A stretch of DNA of 64,000 nt, from positions 58,652,001-58,716,000 of the forward strand of contig OZ241829.1 of NCBI GenBank assembly GCA_965202585.1, given 5' to 3'. Position 1 is the stretch's first letter. Each line of letters opens with the position of its first letter. The translations under genes and the position numbers were made by a program. The notes beneath the pieces were generated by a model, which saw only the letters and a program-made list of their open reading frames with translations, did not search any database and had not been told where the DNA came from. This document shows positions 11,701 through 23,967 of the stretch, piece after piece. Origin of the DNA: Thalia democratica. Its lineage: Eukaryota.

Positions 11701-14700
11701 AAAGTTAGTTATTCGACAAAATCAATTTTTTGAAAGATTGTATTAACATTTAGTAAGAAGTACGAAGTAAAAATAATTATACTACAACAAACAACTATAA
11801 TTACTTTATATTATGATTGTTAAATAAAGTAAGAAATTGTTTTTATATGTAACTAAAAAAATCAGCATACTTCAATGTCAAGGTGAGCATCAGCAAGCAA
11901 TTTCTTTAAGTTTTCAACATCTTCTTTTAAAGCTTCTTGCTCCTTCTCCAGTTTTTTAATATATTTATTTTTCGAATCTATTGACTTATGAATATGTGCT
12001 GCTTTATTCTAAAATTATAAAATAGCTATCATTAAATAAACTCTATAATACAACTTTTTGAATGAAAACTAAATAATTAAACCATAATTTATTGAAAATT
12101 CTAACAACTAATTTACTTTTTAAATTTTTGAGATTCTATTAAAACTTTACAACCAATGCAACAAATACTTTATAGAATTTTATAAATTATCCTAAGCATA
12201 AATATAAACAAAATCATTTTTGATCTTTTTTTGTAGTTTATAATGTCTAACAAAGCTGACTGTCTTATGATAACATATTGAAAAATATTGCATTATAGAA
12301 ATAAATTATTTGAAAGTTTCTAAATCAAAATGCATTTTACTTTTAAATTCTAATATCAAATCATTTTTTTATTAATGCGCATGGTGATTTTTTTATTTCA
12401 AATAAAACTTTATTCACTTGCATTGGCTGTCTTGTTGACTTAGCATCTATTAATTTCAATTTCATTTGATCCTTTATTAGTTTATTCATAATTATTGTCA
12501 ACTCTTTTTCCCTTGAACACATTTCCTTTAATTTTAAGATTTTTATTTTTTATTTTGAAGTTTAATAGCAACTGTAAACAAATTGTAAAAAATATCTATG
12601 CTAATTTACTTAAAGCAACCATAAGTAGTGTAAATTATTAAAGTAACTGCATATCAAAGAAAAACATTAAAGTGATTACACTTGTTTAAATTAAATATGT
12701 TTGATTACATTTTCCTAGTAAATAGATAGATGCATTTTAATGTATAAAGTTATAATTAGCACTTAATTTAATATATGATTTAAACTTGAACAAATTCTAT
12801 AAAAAAACTAAAATACGAAACATAATAATCTAATATAAGTTAAGTTGTTCGTTTCAAAATTAAAAGAAACGTTTTGTAATGTTTTAAAGCTCATGTACAG
12901 CTCTTAATAAGTATAAACAGTATTATTGTATTTACATCATTAATTTTTGAAATTTCAACATCCGTTGCCTCTTTTTCAGACTTTAAAAGAATAATATTCT
13001 CCACTAAGTTTTTCTCATGTGATTTCCAATTTCCTAACATTTGCATCAACATCTAAAAACAAGTTATAGTTTAAAACTTAATTAATTACTATGTGTCTCA
13101 AAACAATCTTTTTTTATAAACAAATTACTATACTTATAAAACAGCAATTCTAATTAATGATCTACCAGGTCCACAAATAAAGATACAGCTAGATCCACTT
13201 CTTTTTCAAAATAAAATAAATAACTTGTATTTTAAACTAAAAACTAATTGATAAAAAATGTTGATATTAGCAAAAAACAAATCAAACAAGCTTGACTACG
13301 CCTGAGTTTTTCAAAAGAGTTCAAACTAGCCAGAGTAGATTGAGTGTGTGGCAGCTCTGATATTTTTTTTTTTAATAAAAATACAGCCTACTTCTGTTTA
13401 ATATATGTACTTACATACCTTGTCTAATTGTTCGATCATAGTATCTTTTTTAGCCTCTACAGAATGGGCAACTGCCAGTTCTTGTTTTGTTTCCAAAATT
13501 TTATTTTGAAGAGAATGTATTTCTTGTTCACAATGCTTGCGTCTAAACCTATTTATAATTTTTATCTAGAAATCAGTTTTATTAATACAACTAAATAATA
13601 AAAAACCTTTCTTTTTCTAGAGTCTCATTCAAAATAGTAATTTCACTAGTAGATGTTACTAATTGATCTTTATTACTATTTGCACAGTGATTTGATTGAT
13701 TAGTGAGTTGTTTTGCTTGTTTAAGCATATCAAACATTTTTACAGCCATATCAGTATCAGTTTCAAGTAAGTTTTGCTTTTCATACCTGTGTTATAAATA
13801 TACTAAGATAAACATTTCACACTAAGCTAGTTTTTACTAGTAAGATAAAAACTTAAGTTTGTAAAATATAAAAAGAAAATAATAACAAAAATCTGGTGCA
13901 ATAACCTTAAACACTTATTAACTCGTGTACATTTAAAATTAGTAAACCATTTACTTGAGTTTAAAATTAGGCTAACAAAAAACACAAAATCGAAACTAAA
14001 TTAGCTCAATATTTCCAATTGTGTAATAAAAACTTTTCTGATACTTATCTATTACAAAAACCTATATTCTATAGATGTTAAAAATTATTAACATCCACTT
14101 TTTGATGATAAGTGTACATCAAAATTTATTTTGGTATAAATTTAAGTATTCAAAAAATAAAAATATCAAACAATACTAAGACCTTAGTTGGTTGACATCA
14201 GTGTCAATGTTTTCAATTCCTAACATGCTCTCTGTTAAACATGTATTAAAAATTATTCAATATAACAAGCTACTATTAACATTATAAAAACATTTGTTAA
14301 ACAAAAATTTTGCACTTGATTGGTTTTACTTTGAAATTACACAATGTAACCTAATTGCATCTTAAGCAGTTGTGACTTTACTTATTGAGTAAATAACTAT
14401 TCATATAGTTTTTCACTAAGAACCTTGAATTAAATGTAGTATATAAGCTTACCGTCTACATTAGAGGGATTCAAATATGTTTTAAGATGGTTCCTAAATT
14501 TTTTCATTTCAGCTATTGGTGGTGAGTCAACTATTTTTTTAGGTTTATGATCATTGTCTTTTTTTGGCTTTGTGTGTTTTTCCTTTTGTTGATTAAAATT
14601 GATTTTCTGTTAAAAGTAGCTTTATTTACTGCTATAGTGTGGCTCTTATATTTTTGACATATAAAAAATAGTAAATGTATCTAAATATTCTTTATTTACT

Positions 14701-17514
14701 TAAACAAATAAATTTAATTTCTTACACTTTTTTCTTTAGTAATTTTCTTGAAAATATTCCGTTTTTCCATAGAAAGAGGCTTAGTGACTTTAGCAGCAGA
14801 AGATTTTGTCTGTTTAATTTTTTTAGGTGATTTTCTATTTTTAATGACTTCTTTAATTTTGCTTTTGTTGTTTGTCATTTTTTTAAGAGCAATCTGACTG
14901 TCTTCAGTATAAATTTCTTTTTCAACATGGTTAATAAATTCATCTAAGTCTGAGGGCAGCACAAATTCATTATTACTTGTAACTCCATTAGTAGGTAACT
15001 CTGGACGACTGGTATCATAACTTTGTATACTACTTTGCAGTTTTTTTGCTGCAAAATTATTTTTTGTTATAAAAGCTTTTTATTCTAAATACCTTATTTC
15101 AAAAAAAGTTTTAAAAAATGGTATTGGAAAATTAAAATATAGTATAAATTTTATAAGCTAGAATGCCTTGACTTTTTTAGAACATGTTTTTATCCAACTC
15201 TGTTTTCATTATTTTTCTTCATAAATTTAAAAACTTTATCAAACCTTGCTTAGTTACTATTACAAGTAAACTTTTAAAATAAATCTATTACTTAATAATC
15301 TTATGTGCTTAAGACTTTTCCTTTACTGTGCCAAGATTTTCATGAGTCAGAAAAACAGTAATTTAAAGCCTTTTGAGGGGTAATTTTTTTAAATAACTTG
15401 ATCAAAACTTGTAAAGTTTTAACCAAGTCTGTTAATTTATCTGTGTTAATTTTTTTAACAAAGTGAAACAAATTTCAGTTAGATAAAGAAAAGTACTGTG
15501 AAAACTGTTGTTATCATTGTAAATTTAACTTGTTTTGTTAGGAACTGTGTTAACACATTATTAGCTATTAAATTTTAATATTAGTATCTTTATCTTTAGC
15601 TACTCAAAAACTAAAAAAAAAAGAGTTAAAACTACTTCAATCTCTTGTATTAGACTAAAACTAATTCTATAAAGAGTCAATAAAAAATAAGAAAATATTT
15701 CATAAAGTAAAGAATTCTTATGACATATACAACACTTATTTGATTATGCATGGTTTGACAAAATGTAATTTTATACTCATAACTTTAATATTATTATACT
15801 TTATTATACTACAAAGAAAATTTAAAGCAAACAGTTGTTGTTTATATTACTAAAAAATTGGTAAAGCATTACTTTTAAACAAAAAATTTAAAATCAAGAG
15901 AGATTTTGTGAATTTTTATGATTTTTAACTATATCCAGAGAAATTCAATATTTTTTCACAAAATTACAAACACCCAAGAAAATCAGGTGTAGTGAAACCT
16001 TGTATTAAACTTGATAGAACTTACTTTGAAACTATTTTTCATTTTTATGCAATATTTTATTATATTCTTTACAGAAACAAGACAAAACTATATACATAAA
16101 TTACAAAATTATATTGTATATAATGGTTAAAATAACAAAATAAACAAATACCAGTTTTAGAAGCTTGAAGACTTTCAGTAGCTAAGTCTTCATAATCATC
16201 AATGATACAATTATTAAAACAACCAATGGAAGTTGAAAGTGTTCTGGAAAATTGTTGGTTATATATAGTGGCATCTCGCTGAAGTTGCACACTTTCAGGG
16301 CTTGAATCTTGCAAGTCAACAAAAGATATACAACTTGTTTTACTGGGAGACATGCTAGCTTTCATTTCCATTTCTCTTTTTAAACTTGCTGTTAAGGATT
16401 CTTGTAGAAGCTTAATAGATTCATTAGCACTTTCATTCAGTTGGTTTGTTATGTTGTTATTATCATTAGAACTTATACTGCAAATGTTTTAGTTACATTA
16501 AGTGTTATAATAGACTTTATATTTTATTTTTTACAAGTTGCAAACACAAAATACAGTAATTACCTCGGATGATGTTGCAACAATATCAAGATGATATTTT
16601 ATTATATTTGCTTTTTTAACCATATTTTTAATCTAAAAACTTATACTTTATAAATATATATAAACAAAACTAAACTTATTTATCATAAACTAATAAAACT
16701 TACCAGTTTAATCACTTTTATTTTACAATATAAAGCAATTATATAATTACAACAATTTATACTGATAACGATATTATAAAATAAAATTATCAAATATTTT
16801 AGCTTATAATAAATAAATTTAGTTCTTGCTATGTATTTAAATAGCTCGTTTTAAACAAAGTATCTTTTTAGATTAAACACTTTAGGCTTAAAAGATTGAT
16901 TTTTAGCCTAGAATTATGGTTAAAAAATACTTCAACTTCAATATAATTTCAGGTTAATACTAGTGCGACTTCATCCTAGGTAATTACCCAAAATACTACA
17001 CTTTTGCAATAAATAATCAGGATTGTCACTTTTTTATCAAAACTCAGAACATTTGGCTAATAATTGCTGGAGTAAGTATATTGATTTATAGTAACAAAAA
17101 TTAAACTATTTTTGTAAAAAAAAACTTTTGAAATTATTTAAAATAATCAATTTAGCTTAATCTTATTATTAATCATAGTAAAAAAGGACAAATGACAATG
17201 AGAATATTTTTTAAGTTGTGACATAAGATATATTTTTAAAGTAAACTAATTCTAAATCAATAAAAAAATAAAACAATTTTGCTTTAAATTTAAATAAAAT
17301 ATTACAATTATTTTAAGTAAAAGTTTAGAAACAACATTTTCAAATGTTGTATAAAGAGGAAGAAAAATTTTTCAAACTGATTTTAAAACACATAAACCAT
17401 TAAATACCTTATAAAACTTTTGTTTGTACAGTTGTCACCTTCTTGTTTAGAGCTTTTGTCCTCAGTTAGGTCAGAAACATTTAAGCTATCATTCATGACA
17501 GATGTGCTATCCAT
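2721..17514 (-). CDS. CNTROB: Centrobin (daughter-centriole coiled-coil protein), multi-exon, roughly 1100 aa
   Basis: Phase-consistent GT-AG exons read manually on the minus strand: 17514-17408, 16477-16152, 15048-14726, 14606-14453, 14231-14183, 13786-13607, 13548-13419, 13052-12936, 12008-11871, 11684-11547, 11443-11234, 11078-11001, 10767-10637, 10209-10122, 9798-9748, 9641-9553, 9427-9246, 4719-4503. Further exons lie at about 4167-3959, 3580-3472, about 3396-3345, 3225-3132, 3003-2854 and 2795-2721 (stop TGA); junction phases around 4.5-4.2 kb and 3.4-3.2 kb are unresolved. Exon 7 encodes RRKHCEQEIHSLQNKILETKQELAVAHSVEAKKDTMIEQLDK, closely matching the recalled vertebrate centrobin segment RRKHCERHIQSLQ...LAVAVAADRKKDTMIEQLDK. 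Exon 14 (KFQSLLQSHY) resembles centrobin RLQAMLQAHW. Confidence 0.85.
4967..5273. mobile_element. hAT-type MITE (307 bp) in centrobin intron
   Basis: Imperfect TIRs (CAGCGATTCTTAAT / reverse complement CAGTAGTTCTTATC), perfect 8-bp TSD GTCTAGCT at 4959-4966 and 5274-5281, and subterminal GGGGTAAA motifs. Confidence 0.85.
5386..6816 (+). mobile_element. hAT (Buster/Charlie-like) defective element, 5' part; left arm of inverted duplication
   Basis: TIR CAGTGCTTCTTAA at 5386 with subterminal GGGTTCCG/CGGAACC repeats. Near-identical reverse complement of 7356-8806. Truncated at 6816 by the terminus of a different hAT. Confidence 0.9.
5856..6814 (+). pseudogene. Disrupted Buster/ZBED5/FAM200-like hAT transposase, C-terminal half
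   Basis: WIHCF*HRE (CxxH motif with a TAA stop at 5871-5873), HNEVRWLSKG, YLTDIF and a C-terminal dimerisation-like region (LPFTTTYLYESGFS...R). A one-base frameshift near 6295 splits it into the 160-aa and 161-aa ORFs. The N-terminal half is absent. Confidence 0.85.
6817..6844 (+). mobile_element. 28-bp terminal stub of a second hAT family
   Basis: CAGGGTTTCCCAAAGTGGGCGATATCGC resembles the termini at 32708 and 55064. It is preceded by AGATAAGT (central TA, Buster-type target). No matching second end is seen. Confidence 0.6.
6922..8806 (-). mobile_element. hAT (Buster/Charlie-like) defective element, 1885 bp, both TIRs present; includes the right arm 7356-8806
   Basis: 13-bp identical TIRs CAGTGCTTCTGAA at 6922 and at 8806 (reverse complement). 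The flanks CTTTAAAT and AATTATAG do not match each other. Confidence 0.9.
7358..8316 (-). pseudogene. Second copy of the disrupted hAT transposase
   Basis: Same stop (8299-8301) and same frameshift as the left copy. The translations differ only at YESG versus CEPG. Confidence 0.85.
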
Positions 17515-18989
17515 TTAGAATTGTGCAACAAATTTTTATTCCTAAGATGTATTATTAGTCAATTTTTACTATTATTATTAATCTAGTTTTTTTTTAATTT
17601 CTTTAAAATTAAAATTAAAACCTTTTTGTGAATTTCTTATGTGATAAGAAAAAAAAAGTGAGATAATTTAAAAAAACTAAATACAGTTTATACCCAAGAA
17701 CTACTTTTGTACAATATATAAAATCCAAGTAAACTTCATAAGTTCGATATAATCTTCTTATTGAAGGAAAGCTAAAGGAAAATTTTGAGTTTTTGTTGTG
17801 ACTTATTAATTATTCTCTACACTAATCATTTAACATAGGTGTTAGCATTAAATTTTTTATTTTAACAAATCTAAAAAAAATTAAAAATTCTGATAGAAAA
17901 AGATAGCAGTGCGGAGTATAATATTAGTCTAATGAACTTAACAAAGTAATTTTTTATATACTTAATAAATTCTATCATTTGATGGTTTTGTAAAGAATAA
18001 AAATTGCAAAGGAATGCTACTTTCAACTGTTATTAAACTGTTACAGCTATTTGGAAAATTCAAAACATAAATTACCCTAATTGAAATATTGTTAGAACCG
18101 CCAGTTTTCTTTTTGTTAATTGCATAACATAATGAAATGTAAGTACATCAACGACATTTGCATATCTAAACAGAAAAAAAAATACTTTTTACGATATTAA
18201 ATTCTTTAGTATTAAACTTTTTTAACAATATATTTTTAAAGTTATAATAAATTTCATGAAAAATGCTTTAAAAAAATTAGTTTTACTTTATAATAGACTA
18301 CCACTTTTTGGTATCTATTAATATATTCTTAAAAGTTAAGTACTTATTTTCTTTAAATTTTTGATAAGAAAAGAAACTTTGTTTAAGTAATTTAATCTAA
18401 TTTAAAATTACAACAATTTAAGTGTCTTTACTTTTTTATTTTACTTCCTTTTAGTAATTAAAAAAGTTTTATCACTGTTTCTGACTTTAATTTTTAATTA
18501 ATATTTAATTAGTACTCATAAAAATGTACATAAGAACTTATTTCAATAAAATAGTGTTATCTATTTTAGTTGTTACCAATCTAGATAGATTTGATTGTAA
18601 CTGTAATATGATAAGTTTTATATTTTTTAGCAGATTTATAAGTTATATTTACATTTTAAATTAAAAAACCCAACAAAAAGTAAAACACATTTTTCAAACT
18701 ATTCTCTTACATCAATCTTGAACTAATTTGTAGCATTAAGCCAATATTACATTGTTAAACTATATAAATGGAACATTTATTAAGTAATTTTAAAAGGTTG
18801 TAAATTTAATAAATTTTCGGTGACTTATTTTAAAGTGTTTTTAATATATATAAGCTCATTTTTTGACCAATTTATTATTATTTATTTTTTTAATATCGTT
18901 AAAATTTAGAGCAAGTTTTTAAATTTTTATACATATTAACCAATTTTCACTTAACCTTTATCATTTATTAGTTTGATAACTATTTTTTG

Positions 18990-20260
18990 TGGCATTACAC
19001 AATTTCTATTCAAATTCAAATAAAATTACGTTTGATAGTTTTATTTCTGATTATTTTGAATAATTCTGCTTAATTAATTTAATCCTGGAGAATTTTAAAT
19101 CTAAATAAATTTCAACCAATGAAATTTTAACCTGTTTAATTTTCGTCTAAATTTATTTCATTCTAATCACTTACAATCCAAATTATCTCCAACCTGGTAA
19201 CTCTAAATAAAGTCATTTTTGTTTAAAATTATTTACCATTCGGTTATTTTTCATCCAAAATTTTCAATACGTCAATTCCCTTCCCACCCAAATTAATCTT
19301 AATCTGTTAAATTTAAACCTGACTAATTCGATGACCGCTAGGATGCTTTTAAAATCGGCGACCTTTAAATTTTTAGCTAATTTTTTTTTTTACCTTGTGA
19401 AATATCGCAAAAACCCTGTTTGCAAATTTTCAGCTGATTTGAGGTAGCCAATATAAAGACTAATTTATATTTTCTTAAAACAACCCCAATACAAACTTTA
19501 TGGGACCGAAAAAATTAAACCTTTGAATCTTTAGTTAATTTTATTTTTACATTAGGAAAATTATCTTAAAAACACATTGTGCACAATTTAAGACGATTTA
19601 AAGAAAGTTTTATGTGGCATTTCTTGTTATTAGGCAAAAAAAACTTGAAATTCAAGGAAACTTAAAAAAATGAATAAAAATAACATAAAATCAAGAATTG
19701 CCTCAATAATACTTTATTTAAATCTTTCGATTTTTTTGGTCCCATATAGTTTGCATTGGTGGTGTTTTCAGAAAATGTAAATTAACCTCTATATTCGCTA
19801 CTTCAAAGCAGCTTAAAATTTGCACATAAAGTTTTTGCGATATTTCCCAAGGTTAAAAAAATTTCCTGCTGTAAATTCAAAGGTCGCCGATTTTATAAGC
19901 ACCCTAATGACTATACATATTATTCACATTTGTATCGGTTACAATTCGATTAATTTTTTTATCATCAAATATTTTCTATCATTTAAAAATTACTAAAATT
20001 TTCAAACAATTATCTAACTAAATAAGCTTTATATTAATTATTATTTAATAAATACAAATCTTTTTTGATCATTTGTTCAAATCATATTCGATTCTAAATT
20101 TTTTTTATCCAAGTTGTATCATGCAAATCAAGTTATACCTAATTCATTCTTATCTGAAAAACTCTATCCAAACTATAATCTATCAAATATTTTCATATTT
20201 AGGTTTATTTTCAACCGATAAGAGTTAGTTTAACTAAATCTTATTGTCGAACAAAGTAGA
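18990..20260. repeat. Degenerate short-period (about 15 bp) repeat tract interrupted by a MITE
   Basis: Loosely periodic units such as TTCATCCAAAATTTT and TCTATCAAATATTTT on both sides of 19339-19906. Periodicity was judged by eye only. Confidence 0.4.
19339..19906. mobile_element. Non-autonomous DNA transposon (MITE) with about 175-bp TIRs
   Basis: Left TAGGATGCTTTTAAAATCGGCGACCTTTAAATT matches the reverse complement of the right end (TAGGGTGCTTATAAAATCGGCGACCTTTGAATT), and similarity continues to ATGGGACC. TA at both tips; superfamily unresolved. Confidence 0.8.
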
Positions 20261-21154
20261 AAAGCAACAAAACAAAAAAACAATTCACTTAAAATTTTAC
20301 TGCAAAAAAACAACTTAATCTCATTATTTAAAGATAAAAAAATAACTATTGTAAGCATTTTTTTTATATATAAAAGTTAATGAATTTAGAAGCTGTAAGT
20401 TTCTATATTTATCATGTGTGTAAACATCTAGCATAATAAGTTAAACACAAAGTTTGAAAGTGTTCTAAATACGTATTGAACTATAAACTTTTATAAATCA
20501 CTAGGCAAATATTTTTTAATGAAATGTTAATTCATTGACTTTAGGCCTTATTTCTCATCACAGCAGCAAGCTCTTAATATTCAGAGTTCAATAATGAAAG
20601 TAGTTGCAGCAGTTCATTGAAAATTAATTAAGATTTTATTGTTGACGGATTTTTTTCACTTTTAGAACATTGTTTTTAAAATAAATTTTAAAATGTTTTA
20701 AGTTATAACATACATATCATGAATTAAAATTATCAGTTAGATAAATGATAAATAATTAACATTAAATATATAGATAAAAGTATTCAAGTATCTGCTTTAA
20801 TGTTATATTTATATATAAGTTGCATTTCTTTTTCTTTTTTTAAATAATGCAGCAGCTCATTACAACGAGCAAACATAAAACAAATCAAACATATGATGAA
20901 AAAGTAAGAGCGGTTATTCAAAAAGCTGAGATTAAACGCCTTAATTGTTTACTTTATTTTATTTGAGAGTCTAGCAAAAATAGTATATTATAGTTTTTAT
21001 ACTGTGTGCAAAACTCTAAATCAAAATTGATAATGCTTATATAAGTGAGAAAGCCCATTTTTTTATCAATTCAAGCGTGAAATCATAAACCAGTTTTACA
21101 TTTCATTTAACTTTTGACAAACAACTAAGTAAAATTAAATTTAAAAAGTTTAAA

Positions 21155-21362
21155 CAGGTCTACCGAGTCCAAAATTTCGGATTCGGCCGAGTCCGAATCT
21201 TACTTTGAAATTAGGGTTCGGCCGAATCCGAGTCTTATTTTGAAATTAAGGATTCGGCCGAATCCAAATTCGAGTCTTATTTTGAAATTATGATTCGGCC
21301 GAATCCGAATCCGAGTCCAAAAAGGCCGAATTCGTCCGAATCTTGGATTCGATAGATCACTA
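21155..21362. mobile_element. GC-rich MITE remnant with internal tandem units
   Basis: Three copies of about 36 bp of TTCGGCCGAATCCGAGTCTTATTTTGAAATTA plus CCGAAT(C) hexamers. The ends resemble each other (TCTACCGAGTCC / reverse complement TCTATCGAATCC). No clear TSD. Confidence 0.6.
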
Positions 21363-21620
21363 CTAAAAACCAATCATTTATAACTTGGTCATATCAAACT
21401 TGATCACATTAAACTCGATAATTTCAACTTAATCATTTTTTTTTTTTTTTCTTTGTTTAATAATAGTATATCACATATTAACAGATTTGCTTATGATAAA
21501 AAACAAAATTAAATAGTAAAGTCACTAGATTTAAGCGAGTAGTACTCTTTGTTTTAAATTTTAGATTTTGAAATATGAGCTGTTTTAAATTAGATTTATG
21601 CACACTTCTTAGCATATTAA

Positions 21621-22090
21621 AGTTTATTGCAAACAAATTACAAAATAGAAGTACTTTTCGGACACGCTCTTCAGTATTTTTTCGTGTCAAAACAAGCTGA
21701 AATAATGGTTTACTGATAAAAACTAATAAAACTAAGTATTTAAGAAAACAAATTAAATTTAACGCAATAGTAATAATTAACAAATTAAGGCAATCGTTTA
21801 ATCAGAAATAATATAAATGTAACACAACTTTACTAATCAACTAATTTAAGTTCAACGAATTAAACAAAATGGTCGAATAAACAAATTTCTTTTGTTTACA
21901 GAGATCTGGCTTTAAGCTTAAAATGTATATAGCTTCTAAAGTTTTTAGGTGAAATTCATTACGAGCAACTGATATTATTTTAAAGTTATCCACTTTATAG
22001 TTTTCGACACACTTAGGATTAGTAATCAGGTTAATACTGAAGAGCGTGTCCGAAAAGTACTTCTATTTTGTATTTTGTTTGCAATAAACT
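21621..22090. mobile_element. TTAA-flanked MITE with about 60-bp TIRs (Kolobok-like)
   Basis: TTAA at 21617-21620 and 22091-22094. Near-perfect TIR AGTTTATTGCAAACAAA(T/A)TACAAAATAGAAGTACTTTTCGGACACGCTCTTCAGTATT. AG...CT termini fit Kolobok rather than piggyBac (CC...GG). Confidence 0.75.
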
Positions 22091-23029
22091 TTAATGTAAA
22101 AAAAAATTGTGATTTTTATAATGGAAAAACCATTATTTCAACATTCTTAGCATATGTAAAAAAATAAGTAAGATATATTGTTGATGATTATTTCCTTGTT
22201 TTCAGTTAAAGAGTTTTTAAATAATTTGCTAATACAATACTTATATAATTTTAGATATTGTAGTTTCTAAAAATTTGATCGGCATGCCAGGGTCAAGACT
22301 TGACTTATTAAGTACAAAAATGTTGAAATTTAAAAATTAGACTAAATTAAGCTTCGTTTATAACGGCTTCGGTTTGTGTTAAAATTCGGAGAAACTGTCA
22401 TAAAAAATTAATGCAACTTGTTTTGGCAACTTTGTAATAATTACTTTAATTTACTTTTTGATTTCGCAGTTAAATTCAAGATATCATTGTATAATTTTAA
22501 CCCATTCAGTGTTTTGTATTTTTAAAATGTTATATAAATTGAAAAAGTTCTATTTCGTAATAAAAAGGCTTGAAAAAAACTTATTGATAACAAAAAGCTA
22601 GTCAACGTTTTTATTGTTTGTAAAAGTAGTAGAAAAAGCTTGAATTTAATAAACCAAAACTCTTAACAAAATAGTTTGTAAAGCTTTCTAAGTAAGTAAC
22701 TAATTGCTTTTAGAGTATTCTGGGTATATTTGTCTGTTCAGTTTTTTCCTTATAGTCTCCTTCTCAAAGCGTGATCTTTAGTTTTTAGAAATTTGTTTTA
22801 CTTCTTTAATGATGGTCAAAAAAGTTGAAAACAAGTAAAATACTTTGTTTAGGTCTTTAAACTTAAAACTGATAACATAAGATGAAACTGTTTGAACTAT
22901 CTTTAACTAACTAATACAAAAACTTTGACTACTGAAAATTAATAAACCATTATATTTAAAAATGAGCAGTAGTATTTCCGACAAAATTTATAACCTCTAG
23001 TAGTTAAGGTCTTATGCATACAACGATAA

Positions 23030-23225
23030 AAACTTAAAGTGATCAAGTTTATAATGATCAAATTTAATCTTGTCGAGTTTTAAAATATTTTGTTTAAAAT
23101 GGTAGAATTTAAATGATCGACTTTGAAATGATCTAGTTTAACATTATAAAGTTTAATTTGGTCGAGTTTAAAACGGTCGAATTAAAAATGTTGGATATTA
23201 AAATGTTTGCGAGTTAGAAATGATA
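23030..23225. repeat. Degenerate 15-bp tandem repeat (GGTCGAGTTTAAAAT-like)
   Basis: Repeated TGATCAAGTTTA / GGTCGAGTTTAAAAC units. A short inverted relative lies at about 21385-21435. Confidence 0.5.
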
Positions 23226-23967
23226 GTAAAGCTTTTTAAGTAGTCGCAGCTCAGTTTTAAATTGAAGATCACAAAAATTCCACTTATTGAACTTACAGCT
23301 ATTATTAGTTTTTTATTGCCTTCAGACAAATTCACTGTATATAGTACCAACCGATACTAAGTTATAAACTCCTGTTTCTTTTGACACTTATTACTTAATA
23401 AAGATAATTTCATAAACAGTGATAATTGTCTACTCGTATTTAAAACTTTTAAGTTGGATCTAAATCACTGAGCTTAATTTAATAGAAGTTTAGTAGTTAT
23501 TGAAATTTTTTTAGCTTAAATAATTATAAACATTATATAACTCTTTAACATACACTTAGATAATTAAGTATGAATGGTAGTACAAAGTTATAATTTAAAA
23601 AAGTATTATTAAAAAGTGTTTGTTAAGTAAAATATTGAAAAAATAAAATGTTTGGTAAAATTTATATTTCTAAAGTTGTTCTAATTGTAAAACCGTAGTA
23701 TGATAATCGGAATGAAGTTTTTGGTTTTTTTTTAATAGATAGTTTTTAGGCAAAAGTTTAAATTTAATGGAATAAACTAAAAACTAAAAGATTCAAAACC
23801 AATTATCTGAAGTCTGTAGAAAAATAAATCATCTACACAACTATTATTTACTTAAAAATAAATCAAGACAGTATATTTTTTTGCTATAAAGCATATCAGT
23901 TCTTTTATTTTTCGTGTAATTGCAGTTACTTATTTTACGCGATAAAGTACATAGTACTTAATAATGT

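Noticed and set aside
12360-12572. Open stretch ILKLKEMCSREKELT... in centrobin intron 8 as an extra exon
   Set aside because: The only good acceptor puts a stop in every usable frame, and exons 8 and 9 already join in phase.
17880-20910. Exon-like snippets on the plus strand (18098-18139, about 20550 and about 20850)
   Set aside because: There are stops in all frames at 18098 and no coherent model. A noncoding transcript cannot be supported from sequence alone.
21170-21345. Repeated CCGAAT-rich units as a CRISPR-like array
   Set aside because: There are no unique spacers, the context is eukaryotic, and the units are internal repeats of a MITE.
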